Assembly: GCA_050250895.1 (NCBI GenBank)
Contig: JBFWNU010000001.1
Span: forward strand, 2,342,210 to 2,406,209
DNA length: 64,000 bases
Direction of reading: 5' to 3'
From: Vulcanimicrobiota bacterium
Lineage (GTDB): Bacteria; Vulcanimicrobiota; Xenobia; Xenobiales; JADMJV01
A program made the translations under genes and the position numbers. Under the pieces are notes generated by a model, which did no database searches, was not told the origin of the DNA, and was given only the letters and a program-made list of their open reading frames with translations. Positions 45,964 through 55,415 of the stretch are shown here, piece after piece; the stretch's first letter is position 1, and each line of letters opens with the position of its first letter.

Positions 45964-46416
45964 GTGGATGAGTCGACCACGGAATACCTGTTCTCAGGGA
46001 CTTACGAGCACACTCTTGATGACAAGGGTCGGTTGACAATTCCCTCCTCGTTTCGTCAGGACTTCAGTGATGGAGCCGTATTGCGCAAGAGCAACGATGG
46101 CTCGGTCGAAGTTCTGCCTCGCGCGGCATGGAACCTTTTTCTACATGAACTTAAAAAGATTTCAAAGACCGATGTCAGGGGTCAACGGTGGGTGACCAGG
46201 CAACTGGCCGCCGCCACGTCTGTCGAGCTTGACAAGCAAGGGCGCGTATTGGTCTCGCAAGACCTGCGCGGTCACGGCGAGTTGGAGTTCGGCAAAGTGG
46301 TGGTAACCGGGGCGCTAGACCGCCTCAAGGTTTGGAATGCTCGGCGATGGGCCGAGCTCGAGACCGAGGAAATGGAGGAACTCGACGACTATGTTTATGA
46401 GAAGTACCAAATCTAA
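45964..46416 (+). CDS. mraZ: Transcriptional regulator MraZ
   Basis: YLFSGTYEHTLDDKGRLTIPSSFR plus a second DxxGR repeat (LDKQGRVLVSQDLR). GTG at 45964 is preferred because TTG at 45922 overlaps the promoter. Confidence 0.85.
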   Translation: MDESTTEYLFSGTYEHTLDDKGRLTIPSSFRQDFSDGAVLRKSNDGSVEVLPRAAWNLFLHELKKISKTDVRGQRWVTRQLAAATSVELDKQGRVLVSQDLRGHGELEFGKVVVTGALDRLKVWNARRWAELETEEMEELDDYVYEKYQI

Positions 46417-46578
46417 GCTCTCCTACTCCCGTTTCCCTGTCAAGGTTCTGATGCCACCGGCTCCGCCCTGGCGGAGACGGTCGCCTACTCCCGGACCGGG
46501 TACCGGGGGACGGCAGACTCGCCCAGAGCGACTCGAGTTGGTAGACAAGCGAGCGGTCGAGGGCGAGAACGGAACTAG

Positions 46579-47502
46579 TTGACCGACTACCATCGCCCCG
46601 TCATGGTGGCCCAGGTGCTGGAATGTCTCGCTGTGCGCGAGTCCGACCTGGTGGCCGACATGACGTTGGGCGGAGGCGGGCACAGCCAGGCGTTGCTGGC
46701 CTGTCTCGGAGAGAGCGGTCGCCTGGTCGGGTTGGATCGTGATGAGGATGCCGTGCAAGCGGCTGGGGATCGGCTTTCGAGTGATCCTCGTTTTACGGCC
46801 GTCAAGGCCGCGTTTGATGAGTTTGGAGAGGCGTTGACAAGGTTGGGCTGGCCGAAAGCGGATAAGGTGTTGATGGACCTGGGGGTCTCCTCCTATCAGC
46901 TCGACACGGCCGACCGCGGATTCAGTTTTCAATCTGAGGGCCCCCTCGATATGCGCATGGACCGCCAGGCCCGCTTGAGCGCCGCAGAACTGGTCAATAC
47001 CACCGAGGAAGGCCGTCTGGCCGATATTCTTTTCGAATACGGCGAAGAGAAGCGCTCGCGCGCCATCGCTCGGGCTATCGTGGCCGAGCGTCGCCGCCAG
47101 CCAATCAGCACCACCCGCCATTTGGCCGACGTGGTGGTCTCGGTGCTGGGGCGAAAGGGCCGCATTCACCCGGCCACGCGCACCTTTCAGGCCTTGCGCA
47201 TCGCCGTCAATAGCGAGCTCGAGCAACTGCGCGACGGCCTCGAGCAGGTTGTCGAGCGGCTGGCCCCCGGGGGGCGTCTGGCTGTGCTCAGCTACCACTC
47301 TCTCGAAGACCGTATCGTAAAGTCTTTTTTTTCTCGCGCGGCCGGACAGTGCGTTTGTCCGCGCGAGTTTCCTGTCTGTCGCTGCAACCCGCAAGAGCGG
47401 GTGCGGCGCCTAACCCGCAAGCCGGTGGTGGCCGACGCCGGCGAGGTGCGCGAGAACCCTCGCGCTCGTTCGGCCAAACTGCGTGTGGTGGAGAAACTGT
47501 GA
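46579..47502 (+). CDS. rsmH: 16S rRNA (cytosine1402-N4)-methyltransferase
   Basis: HRPVMVAQVLECL...DMTLGGGGHSQALL is the RsmH/MraW signature. Confidence 0.9.
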   Translation: MTDYHRPVMVAQVLECLAVRESDLVADMTLGGGGHSQALLACLGESGRLVGLDRDEDAVQAAGDRLSSDPRFTAVKAAFDEFGEALTRLGWPKADKVLMDLGVSSYQLDTADRGFSFQSEGPLDMRMDRQARLSAAELVNTTEEGRLADILFEYGEEKRSRAIARAIVAERRRQPISTTRHLADVVVSVLGRKGRIHPATRTFQALRIAVNSELEQLRDGLEQVVERLAPGGRLAVLSYHSLEDRIVKSFFSRAAGQCVCPREFPVCRCNPQERVRRLTRKPVVADAGEVRENPRARSAKLRVVEKL

Positions 47503-47513
47503 GGAAGGTGGAG

Positions 47514-47894
47514 GTGTCCGTGGATAACGAGATTTCTGAGCACAAAAAGAGCAAGCGCTTGCGAGAAGGTCTACCCTGGTCTTATCCCGTGGTCGGGTTT
47601 GCGGCCGTGTCCATTTTGTTGGTGGCCTACCTTTGTCAGTTCGCCCAGATCGTGAGTATTCAATATACGCTGCTCGAGCTCCGCGGCGAGCGCCGAGTCC
47701 TGGAGCGCGAGCAGAACGAACTCGAGCTGGCTATTCAAGAGTTGACCTCGCTCGAGCGCGTCGAGACCGTGGCTGTCAAGCAGCTCGGCATGGTTCCCCC
47801 TTCCAATCGCGAGGTGCTGCAGGTGCTGCCGACGGCGGCCGCCGAGGTGCGGCAGTTGGCCGCCACCAACCCCAATGAGGGGGCTCAGCCATAA
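47514..47894 (+). CDS. ftsL: Cell division protein FtsL-like (single TM plus coiled coil)
   Basis: Position after rsmH. TM segment VVGFAAVSILLVAYLCQFAQIV, followed by a leucine-rich coiled coil. An RBS GAGGAAGG precedes a GTG start. Confidence 0.6.
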   Translation: MSVDNEISEHKKSKRLREGLPWSYPVVGFAAVSILLVAYLCQFAQIVSIQYTLLELRGERRVLEREQNELELAIQELTSLERVETVAVKQLGMVPPSNREVLQVLPTAAAEVRQLAATNPNEGAQP

Positions 47895-47982
47895 TGTTTG
47901 AGGGGGTCGAAGGGCGCCAGTCCGACATCATGATTTTCCTGGAAGCAGACTGCTTTGATTTTTCCATCGGAGGAAGCGCACG

Positions 47983-49779
47983 TTGAACGGATGGGCCGGC
48001 GTGAGCCGCAGTCGCCTGATCATGCTCTTCTGGCTGTTCGCAGCCGTTTGTGGTCTATTGACGCTGCGCCTGACTCAGGTGCAGTGGATCGAGCATCCGC
48101 GTTACCTGGCCCAGGCCGACGCCCAGCACCTGGGCCAGGCCGAGCTGCCGGCTTTGCGGGGCGAGATTCGCGACCGCAATAACGTGGTGCTGGCCACCAG
48201 CATCGCGCTGTATTCGGTGGCGGTCAATCCTGAAGAGGCGCGGGCCAAGCTTCAGGAATACAAGAATGAACCTGACAAGGCTCCCGAGGGGGCCCCTACC
48301 ACGACTCGCGAGCTGGCCGAGAATCTGGCTCCCCTGGTCAACTGGAAGGTCGACGCCCTCGAAGACGTGCTCAGCCGTCCAGGTACCTTCGCCTGGCTGG
48401 CCCGCAAAGTGCCCGACGAGACGGCTGATGCTTTCAAGGCCAAAGAGAAACTGCTGCCCGGTGCCTGGCTGGCCAAAGAGCCGACCCCCGGCAAGCGCTT
48501 CTATCCTAAAGGCAGTCTCGCCTCGCATCTGGTGGGCACCACCGGTATCGACGACCAGGGTCTGGATGGACTCGAGTCGGCCTGGGACACCTACCTGGCC
48601 GGTGAGCCCGGCATCATCAAAGCCTTCATGGATCGCGACGGCTGGGCCACCCTGGGTCAGCCCGCCGCGCTGATTCGTCCCGCCGAACCGGGCAAGAACG
48701 TCATCTTGACCATCGACGAGACCATTCAGTATGTGGCTGAGCGCGAACTGGCCAAGCAGGTCAAGGACTACAAAGCCAGCGGTGGTATCGTCATCGTCAT
48801 GGATGCTCGCACCGGCGAGGTGCTGGCCATGGCCATCAATCCAACCTTCCCGGCGAAAGACTTCGGCAAGGTCGATCCGGCCGTGCGCCGCAACCGGGCC
48901 ATTACCGACCCCTACGAGCCGGGCTCGACTTTCAAGGTCTTCCTGGCGGCCTCGGCGGTCGATTCGGGGATCAAGATCAGCGACACCTTCCGGGCGGGCG
49001 GAGTGCTCTATATCGGCGGCTGGAGCATCCATAACGCCAGCGACGGTCTGTATGCTGGCGCGGCCGAGACCCTGGCCGACATTATCGCCTATTCTTTCAA
49101 TATCGGCACCGCCTCCATCGCGATGCGCTTGGGCCGCGACAAGTTTTACAAGCACCTGCTCGCCTTCGGCTTCGGCTCGAAGACCGGCATCGATCTGGTG
49201 GGCGAGAGTGAGGGCATCCTCTCCAATGGTAAGGACTGGGCCGAGATCAACCTGGCCACGATTTCCTTCGGTCAGGGTGTGGCTTGCACTCCGATTCAGT
49301 TGGTGTCGGCCATGCAGGCCGTGGCCAACGGCGGCATTCGCATGCAGCCTCGGGTGGTCAAAGCCATCACCGACGAGCAAGGCAATGTGGTCAAGCGTTT
49401 CGAGCCCACCGAGCTAGGGCGCCCCATCAGTCCTGCCGCGGCTGCCGATATGGTGAAAGTGCTGCGCGGCGTGGTCGAAAAAGGAACCGGGAAAAAAGCC
49501 CAGATTCCTGGCTATTTGGTCGCTGGCAAGACAGGTACAGCGCAACTCGTGGAGAATGGAGTCTACGCACCGGGAAAATACGTGGCGTCTTTTCTCGGGT
49601 TTGCTCCTGCTGACGACCCGCGAGTAGTCATTTTGGTGAAGATCGAAAAGCCCACTCCTTATTGGGGTGGTCTGGTGGCCGGCCCCGTGTTTCACGCGGT
49701 TGGCCAGGAGGCTCTATGGAAGCTGGGGGTCCAACCCGATCCCAAGCTGCTCAAAGAGGCCGAAAACGGGCTGGAGTAA
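47983..49779 (+). CDS. ftsI: Class B penicillin-binding protein (FtsI/SpoVD-type transpeptidase)
   Basis: N-terminal TM, a dimerisation domain, and transpeptidase motifs STFK (GSTFKV), SxN-like and KTGT (GKTGTAQ). Confidence 0.85.
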   Translation: MNGWAGVSRSRLIMLFWLFAAVCGLLTLRLTQVQWIEHPRYLAQADAQHLGQAELPALRGEIRDRNNVVLATSIALYSVAVNPEEARAKLQEYKNEPDKAPEGAPTTTRELAENLAPLVNWKVDALEDVLSRPGTFAWLARKVPDETADAFKAKEKLLPGAWLAKEPTPGKRFYPKGSLASHLVGTTGIDDQGLDGLESAWDTYLAGEPGIIKAFMDRDGWATLGQPAALIRPAEPGKNVILTIDETIQYVAERELAKQVKDYKASGGIVIVMDARTGEVLAMAINPTFPAKDFGKVDPAVRRNRAITDPYEPGSTFKVFLAASAVDSGIKISDTFRAGGVLYIGGWSIHNASDGLYAGAAETLADIIAYSFNIGTASIAMRLGRDKFYKHLLAFGFGSKTGIDLVGESEGILSNGKDWAEINLATISFGQGVACTPIQLVSAMQAVANGGIRMQPRVVKAITDEQGNVVKRFEPTELGRPISPAAAADMVKVLRGVVEKGTGKKAQIPGYLVAGKTGTAQLVENGVYAPGKYVASFLGFAPADDPRVVILVKIEKPTPYWGGLVAGPVFHAVGQEALWKLGVQPDPKLLKEAENGLE

Positions 49780-49798
49780 ATCTGAGAAGGAGGCCGAC

Positions 49799-50017
49799 AT
49801 GCACGACAATTTCGACGTAGAGGAATTTGTTAGACAATTCACGAGTCCCGCTCCGCAAAGGGTCAGAAAGCCTGCTGCGGAGATTATGATGGCGCCGGTT
49901 CCGACTCGGGTCGGACCCCGCCTCGATCGCACGCGTGGGGGCAAGAAGCGCTGGGTCACCAGGCTCGATATGAAGCCAAATCTCAAGCGCTTTACAAAAG
50001 AAGTCCCTATGCTATAA
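49799..50017 (+). CDS. Hypothetical small basic protein (72 aa) between ftsI and murE
   Basis: Strong RBS GAAGGAGG 7 nt upstream of the ATG. Reads MHDNFDVEEFVRQFTSPAPQRVRKPAAEIMMAPVPTRVGPRLDRTRGGKKRW... Confidence 0.35.
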   Translation: MHDNFDVEEFVRQFTSPAPQRVRKPAAEIMMAPVPTRVGPRLDRTRGGKKRWVTRLDMKPNLKRFTKEVPML

Positions 50018-50090
50018 TGGGTCGATTTTTTCGTGGAACGGGCGCTAAACCGGGGTTTTTAGGGCTTAATTGGTTGGGAGGATAGCAAAA

Positions 50091-51653
50091 GTGAAGTTGG
50101 CTGATTTGGCGACAAGCCTTGGGGCGACCAGCATCCACGGTGACCTGGATACGGAGATCACGGGGGTTGCCTATGACTCCCGAAAGGTTCAGCCAGGTGA
50201 CCTTTTCGTCTGTATCCCCGGCTTTCAATCCGACGGCCACGACTTCGCGCAGAAAGCCGCTGACGCTGGGGCGGCCGCGCTGGTGATCGAGCGCTCCGTC
50301 GACCTGACCACGGCCGTGCCCAGTTTGCGGGTGGCTTCGGCCCGCCGCGCCCTGGCGACGGCGGCAGCGTCTCTGGCTGACTATCCGGCTCGCAAGCTTT
50401 TGACCGTGGGCATTACCGGCACCAACGGCAAGACCTCGACGGCCTATCTCTGTCAGGCCGTCTTGCGTGAAGGCGGCTTTCGTCCCGGCTTGATCGGCAC
50501 CATCCACGCCCTGGTAGGCGAGCGGGTGGTGCCGTTGCGCAATACTACTCCCGAATCGGCCGACTTGCAGGGCCTTTTGGGCGAGATGGTCGAGGCCGAA
50601 CTCGACGCCGTGGTCATGGAAGTTTCGTCCCACGCTCTGGTGCTCGAACGCACCCACGATCTGCCCTTCGATGTCGGCGTTTTTACCAACCTCACCCAGG
50701 ACCACCTCGACTTCCATCAGACCATGGAAAACTACTTCCAGGCCAAAATGGAGCTCTTCCGCCAGTTGGGTAACGACTGGAGCCGGGTGACCACTCCCTT
50801 TGCCGTCATCAATCTCGATGACGAGTATGCCCGGCGGATCCTGCCCGAGTTGCAGGTTCCCTACGTTACTTACGGTTTCCATCCCGATGCCCATGTGCGG
50901 GCCACCGACCTCGAGGTCAGCCCCGCTGGCGTGAGCTACACCGTTTCGACTCCGGTCGGCGAAGAGCGGGTCGAGCTGCAACTGTCGGGTCTGTTCAACG
51001 TCCAGAACTCCCTGGCCGCCATTTCGGCCGGCCTGGCCCAGCGCATCGACCTGACCGACGCCGTGCGCGGAGTCGAATCGGTACCGGGCGTTCGAGGCCG
51101 CTTCGAGCTGGTGCGCGAGGGCCAGGATTATACCGTGGTGGTCGACTATGCCCACACCCCCGACGGGCTCGAGAATCTGCTCACTTCCGCCCGCCAGGTC
51201 ACTCGCGGACGGTTGCTGACGGTCTTCGGGTGCGGTGGCGATCGCGATGCGGCCAAGCGACCCATGATGGGCGAGATCGCCGGGCGTCTCTCCGACCATG
51301 TCATCGCCACCTCCGACAATCCTCGTAGCGAACAGCCAGAGACCATTCTCGATGCCATCGAGAAAGGGCTTGCCCCGACCGGCGTCAGCTATGAGCGCGA
51401 GGCGGACCGGGCCAGCGCCATCGGGCGCGCCATCGGCATGGCTGGCCCTGGCGACACCGTGGTGATTGCCGGCAAGGGCCACGAGAATTATCAGATCTTT
51501 GCCGATCGGACCATCCACTTCGACGATGTCGAGGTTGCCGGTCAGGCCATTCGAGTTCGCCTGGGAAAGGGCGGTAAGCCGGCGAGCCGCACTAACGATC
51601 AGGCCTGGACCGAGCGCCGCCGCACCACTGCGGCCCTGGAGCAAACAAGATAA
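50091..51653 (+). CDS. murE: UDP-N-acetylmuramoyl-L-alanyl-D-glutamate--2,6-diaminopimelate ligase
   Basis: GITGTNGKTST P-loop. The DNPR motif (ATSDNPRSE) indicates meso-DAP specificity. Confidence 0.9.
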   Translation: MKLADLATSLGATSIHGDLDTEITGVAYDSRKVQPGDLFVCIPGFQSDGHDFAQKAADAGAAALVIERSVDLTTAVPSLRVASARRALATAAASLADYPARKLLTVGITGTNGKTSTAYLCQAVLREGGFRPGLIGTIHALVGERVVPLRNTTPESADLQGLLGEMVEAELDAVVMEVSSHALVLERTHDLPFDVGVFTNLTQDHLDFHQTMENYFQAKMELFRQLGNDWSRVTTPFAVINLDDEYARRILPELQVPYVTYGFHPDAHVRATDLEVSPAGVSYTVSTPVGEERVELQLSGLFNVQNSLAAISAGLAQRIDLTDAVRGVESVPGVRGRFELVREGQDYTVVVDYAHTPDGLENLLTSARQVTRGRLLTVFGCGGDRDAAKRPMMGEIAGRLSDHVIATSDNPRSEQPETILDAIEKGLAPTGVSYEREADRASAIGRAIGMAGPGDTVVIAGKGHENYQIFADRTIHFDDVEVAGQAIRVRLGKGGKPASRTNDQAWTERRRTTAALEQTR

Positions 51654-53021
51654 GTGCCATCCTTTTCTCTGCAAGAGATCCAGGCTGCCACGGGAGCGAG
51701 TCCGGTCACCGGAGCCTCGCTCCCTGACGTTTTTACAGGTGTCAGCACCGACACCCGCAATCTCTTACCCGGGCAACTCTTTGTGCCTCTGGTGGGCGAG
51801 CGCTTCGATGGCCACGACTATCTAGATCAGGCCCTGGCAGCGGGGGCCACGGGCGTGCTCTGGTCTCGGCCCGAGCGCCCCGCCTCGGCCCCGTTGCTGG
51901 CGGTCGAAGACACTCTCGAGGCCTATCAGTGGCTGGGCTCGGCTTATCTCAAGCGGTTGGGCGTGCCGGTGGTGGCCATCACCGGTTCGACCGGCAAGAC
52001 CACCACCAAAGACCTGGTGGCTGCCATGCTGAGCAGCCGTTATCGGGTGCACAAGACCGAGGCCAATTACAACAACGATATCGGCGTGCCGCTGACCCTG
52101 CTGACCATGCCCGAGGATACCGAAGTGGCCGTGCTCGAGTTGGCCATGCGAGGGGCCGGCCAGATCCGTCGCCTGGCCCGCTTGCTCGATGCCAGGGTGG
52201 GCCTGATTACCAACATCGGGGAGTCCCATATCGAGCTACTGGGTAGCCTCGAGGCCATCGCCGACGCGAAAGGCGAGTTGCTCGAGTGTCTGAGTTCAGA
52301 GGCGGTGGCCGTGTTGCCGGCCTGCAGCCCGTTCTTTGCTCGGCTGGCCGGCAAAACCAAAGCCACCATCCGGAGTTTCTCGGCCCATCCCGGCGCCCGC
52401 GCCACCCTGTCGCCCCTGGCCCTCGAGAACCTTGGTATCGACGGCTGGCGCATCACCCTCGAGGGCGGGCGTCCGTTCGTGTTCTCTCTGCCCGGAACCC
52501 ATCACCTCGAGGATCTCATGGCGGCCCTGTTGGCGGTCGCAGAGCTGGGCGTCAAAGTCGAAGATTGCTCTGGCGTTCTGCGTTCCTTTAGGCCCACAGG
52601 TCTGCGCATGGAGGTGCTGAATCTTTCTGGTGGCGTGAAAGTGATCAATGACTCTTATAATGCGGCTCCGGCCTCGGTAGAGGGCGCCCTCGAGGTGCTT
52701 TGCGGAACCACCAATCGCCGGGTGGCCGTACTCGGCGACATGCTCGAGTTGGGCGAACACGCAGCCGAAGGCCACCAGCGCGTGGGTCGTGCCTGCGCAC
52801 GCCTGGGCGTCGACTTTCTTCTGGCGGTGGGCAGCCAGAGCCGAGCCCTGGCCGAGGCGGCCCGGGAGGGCGGAGTCGACAATGTGGTGTGGGTCGCCTC
52901 GCGCGAAGAAGCAGCCGGTGTGCTCAAGACATCGCTGCAGCCCAATGACTGGGTGCTGTTCAAAGCCTCCCGGGGCATGGGGCTGGATCAATTGGTGGCC
53001 GGTCTGGGGGCAAGCTCATGA
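51654..53021 (+). CDS. murF: UDP-N-acetylmuramoyl-tripeptide--D-alanyl-D-alanine ligase
   Basis: Mur ligase P-loop ITGSTGKTTTKD, in the MurF position of the cluster. Confidence 0.85.
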   Translation: MPSFSLQEIQAATGASPVTGASLPDVFTGVSTDTRNLLPGQLFVPLVGERFDGHDYLDQALAAGATGVLWSRPERPASAPLLAVEDTLEAYQWLGSAYLKRLGVPVVAITGSTGKTTTKDLVAAMLSSRYRVHKTEANYNNDIGVPLTLLTMPEDTEVAVLELAMRGAGQIRRLARLLDARVGLITNIGESHIELLGSLEAIADAKGELLECLSSEAVAVLPACSPFFARLAGKTKATIRSFSAHPGARATLSPLALENLGIDGWRITLEGGRPFVFSLPGTHHLEDLMAALLAVAELGVKVEDCSGVLRSFRPTGLRMEVLNLSGGVKVINDSYNAAPASVEGALEVLCGTTNRRVAVLGDMLELGEHAAEGHQRVGRACARLGVDFLLAVGSQSRALAEAAREGGVDNVVWVASREEAAGVLKTSLQPNDWVLFKASRGMGLDQLVAGLGASS

Positions 53022-53998
53022 GTCTTCCGGTAGCCAAGTTCGCAACCGCTGGCTTAGCCGGTCTGGGCTTTACCCTGTGCGCCATGCCGATCTTTTTGGC
53101 CTACATGCGTCGCCTGGGCTGGGGGCAAGAGATTCGTCCTGAAGGTCCGGCGGATCATCAGTCTAAAGCGGGCACGCCGACCATGGGGGGCGGGGTCTTG
53201 ATACCGGCGGCCATGCTGGCCTCTTTGTGCGCCGGTCTCTACAGCCTCGACCTGGCCTTTTTCTGGTTTATTACGTTGGGGTGCTTCTTGCTGGGTCTGG
53301 TCGACGATATGACCGCCATCACCAAGAAACGCAACCTCGGCCTGAAAGCCCGCCACAAACTGATCATTCAGGGCAGCCTCGGGCTGATGACGGGTCTGTA
53401 CCTGGTCCTCTCTCGCGATAACCCTGGCTTCTGGTTTCCCGGCTTGGGCCGGATCGAAGGCTGGGGTTGGGTGATGGCCCTGGCCCTGGTGGTGCTGACC
53501 TCGAGCACGAACGCGGTCAACCTCACCGATGGGCTCGACGGTCTGGCGGCCGGCACCGTCACCAGCGCCATGCTGGCCTACGGAGTGATTTGCGCCCATC
53601 GAGGCCAGGTCGAGTTGGCCACGGCGGCTCTGGCTCTGGTGGGGGCTCTGCTGGGTTTTCTCTGGTTCAACTGCTATCCGGCCAAGCTGTTCATGGGCGA
53701 CACCGGCAGTCTGGGCCTGGGTGGGGCGCTGGCTCTGCTGGCGCTGCTTTCGGATACTCCTTTTTTGCTGATGGTGATTGGCGGGGTGTTCGTGGCCGAG
53801 GCTGTCTCGGTCATCCTCCAGGTCACCTATTTCAAGACCACTGGTGGCAAGCGGATCTTTCGCATGAGTCCGCTCCACCATCACTTTAGCCTGGGCGGCT
53901 TGCACGAGGTTCAGGTTACCACCCGTTTCTGGCTGGTGGGAGCCCTGCTCGGTCTGCTGGGCGTCTATCTATACTTCCTTATATATGTTTCTTTCTAG
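53018..53998 (+). CDS. mraY: Phospho-N-acetylmuramoyl-pentapeptide-transferase
   Basis: Polytopic membrane protein with the MraY motifs NAVNLTDGLDGLA and DTGSLGLGGAL. Confidence 0.9.
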   Translation: MSLPVAKFATAGLAGLGFTLCAMPIFLAYMRRLGWGQEIRPEGPADHQSKAGTPTMGGGVLIPAAMLASLCAGLYSLDLAFFWFITLGCFLLGLVDDMTAITKKRNLGLKARHKLIIQGSLGLMTGLYLVLSRDNPGFWFPGLGRIEGWGWVMALALVVLTSSTNAVNLTDGLDGLAAGTVTSAMLAYGVICAHRGQVELATAALALVGALLGFLWFNCYPAKLFMGDTGSLGLGGALALLALLSDTPFLLMVIGGVFVAEAVSVILQVTYFKTTGGKRIFRMSPLHHHFSLGGLHEVQVTTRFWLVGALLGLLGVYLYFLIYVSF

Positions 53999-55415
53999 TT
54001 TGAATAATCTTCAAGTGACGGTCCTGGGGCTGGGTAAAAGCGGGCTGGCCCTGGCTCGCGAACTGGGGGCCAGGGGGTGTCGTCTGCTCTTGAGCGACAC
54101 CCGCACTCAGGAACAGTTGGCCCCGGTGCTGGCCGAGTTGGGCGAGCTCGAATACGAACTCGAGGCCGGAGGACACACCGCTCGAGTCTATGAGGGCCAA
54201 GACCTGGTCGTCATCAGCCCCGGCGTGTCGATTCATCATCCAATCCTGAAAGCGGCCTTGCAGGCCGGCGTGCCGGTGGCCGGCGAGGTAGAGATCGCGG
54301 CGCGCTTGAGCGAGCTTCCTTTTGTGGCCGTGACCGGAACCAACGGCAAGTCGACCACCGTGACTCTGATCGGATCCATGCTGGGGCGGCGTGGCCTGGT
54401 GGCCGGCAACATCGGCACTCCGCTGGTGGGACAGGTGACCCACGCCGAGCCGGGGGTCGAGTGGGTGGTGGCCGAGATCTCGAGCTTTCAGCTCGAGTCT
54501 ACTCACACTTTTCGTCCGCGCATTGCGGTCTTGACCAACCTGACTCCGGATCATCTCGATCGCCACCCCAACCTGGAAGAATACGAGGCTGCCAAAGCCC
54601 GAATGTTCTCGTGCCTGGGTCACGGCGATGTCGCCGTGCTCCCGCTCGACGAGCCGCACGGCCCGCGCTTTGCCGAGTGGATTCAAAACGGCCAGTTTCC
54701 GGCCTGGCTGGACGGATTTGAGCCGCCGGCGCGTGAGGGGCGGCCGCGTCTGGTCTGGTTCTCGGGTCAGCGCGAACCCGACCAGGGGGTCTGGTGCCAC
54801 GACGGCCGAGTTTATCACCAGGCGGACGGCCACACCCGCGAACTGTTTGACTGGAACTTTCCCAACCTGCCCGGGCCCCACAATCTGGTCAACGGGTTGG
54901 CGGCCACGGCCGTGGCCCTCGAGTTGGGGGTCGACCTCGACGACATCGTGCGGGCCTTGCGCGAACACCACAATCTTCATTTTCGTCTGGAGCGGGTGGC
55001 CGTGCTCGACGGAGTCGAATACATCAACGACTCCAAAGCCACCAACGTGGCCTCGGTGGTGGCCGCCCTCGAGGCCTGCCCCCAGCCGATCGTGTTGATC
55101 GCCGGCGGCAAGGATAAAGGCTTTGACTTTTCCGAGTTGGCCTCGGCCATCGCCCGCCGCGTCAGGCATCTGATGCTTATCGGCGAGGCCGCCCAGCGAC
55201 TGCAAGAGGCGGTTCAGAGCACCGGGTTCGATTCTATCGTGCGTTGTCAAAGTCTAAAAGAAGCGGTCGAGCGGGCTCACGCCTGCGCCGAGCCGGGGGG
55301 TAGCGTGCTGCTTTCGCCAGCCTGTTCAAGTTTTGATATGTTCGCCCACGCCGAGGAGCGGGGCGAGAAGTTCAGCCAGTTCGTAAGAGAACTGGACGCG
55401 GAGGTATCGGTATGA
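53985..55415 (+). CDS. murD: UDP-N-acetylmuramoylalanine--D-glutamate ligase
   Basis: VLGLGKSGLALARELGARG (Rossmann-type) and GTNGKSTT. Confidence 0.9.
   Translation: MFLSSLNNLQVTVLGLGKSGLALARELGARGCRLLLSDTRTQEQLAPVLAELGELEYELEAGGHTARVYEGQDLVVISPGVSIHHPILKAALQAGVPVAGEVEIAARLSELPFVAVTGTNGKSTTVTLIGSMLGRRGLVAGNIGTPLVGQVTHAEPGVEWVVAEISSFQLESTHTFRPRIAVLTNLTPDHLDRHPNLEEYEAAKARMFSCLGHGDVAVLPLDEPHGPRFAEWIQNGQFPAWLDGFEPPAREGRPRLVWFSGQREPDQGVWCHDGRVYHQADGHTRELFDWNFPNLPGPHNLVNGLAATAVALELGVDLDDIVRALREHHNLHFRLERVAVLDGVEYINDSKATNVASVVAALEACPQPIVLIAGGKDKGFDFSELASAIARRVRHLMLIGEAAQRLQEAVQSTGFDSIVRCQSLKEAVERAHACAEPGGSVLLSPACSSFDMFAHAEERGEKFSQFVRELDAEVSV

Noticed and set aside
53054-53905. 283-aa minus ORF and other antisense ORFs across murE-ftsW (for example 50007..51674 -, 53979..55250 -, 55796..56767 -)
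   Set aside because: Long antisense open frames are expected in 65% GC DNA. All lie opposite well-supported mur/fts genes.
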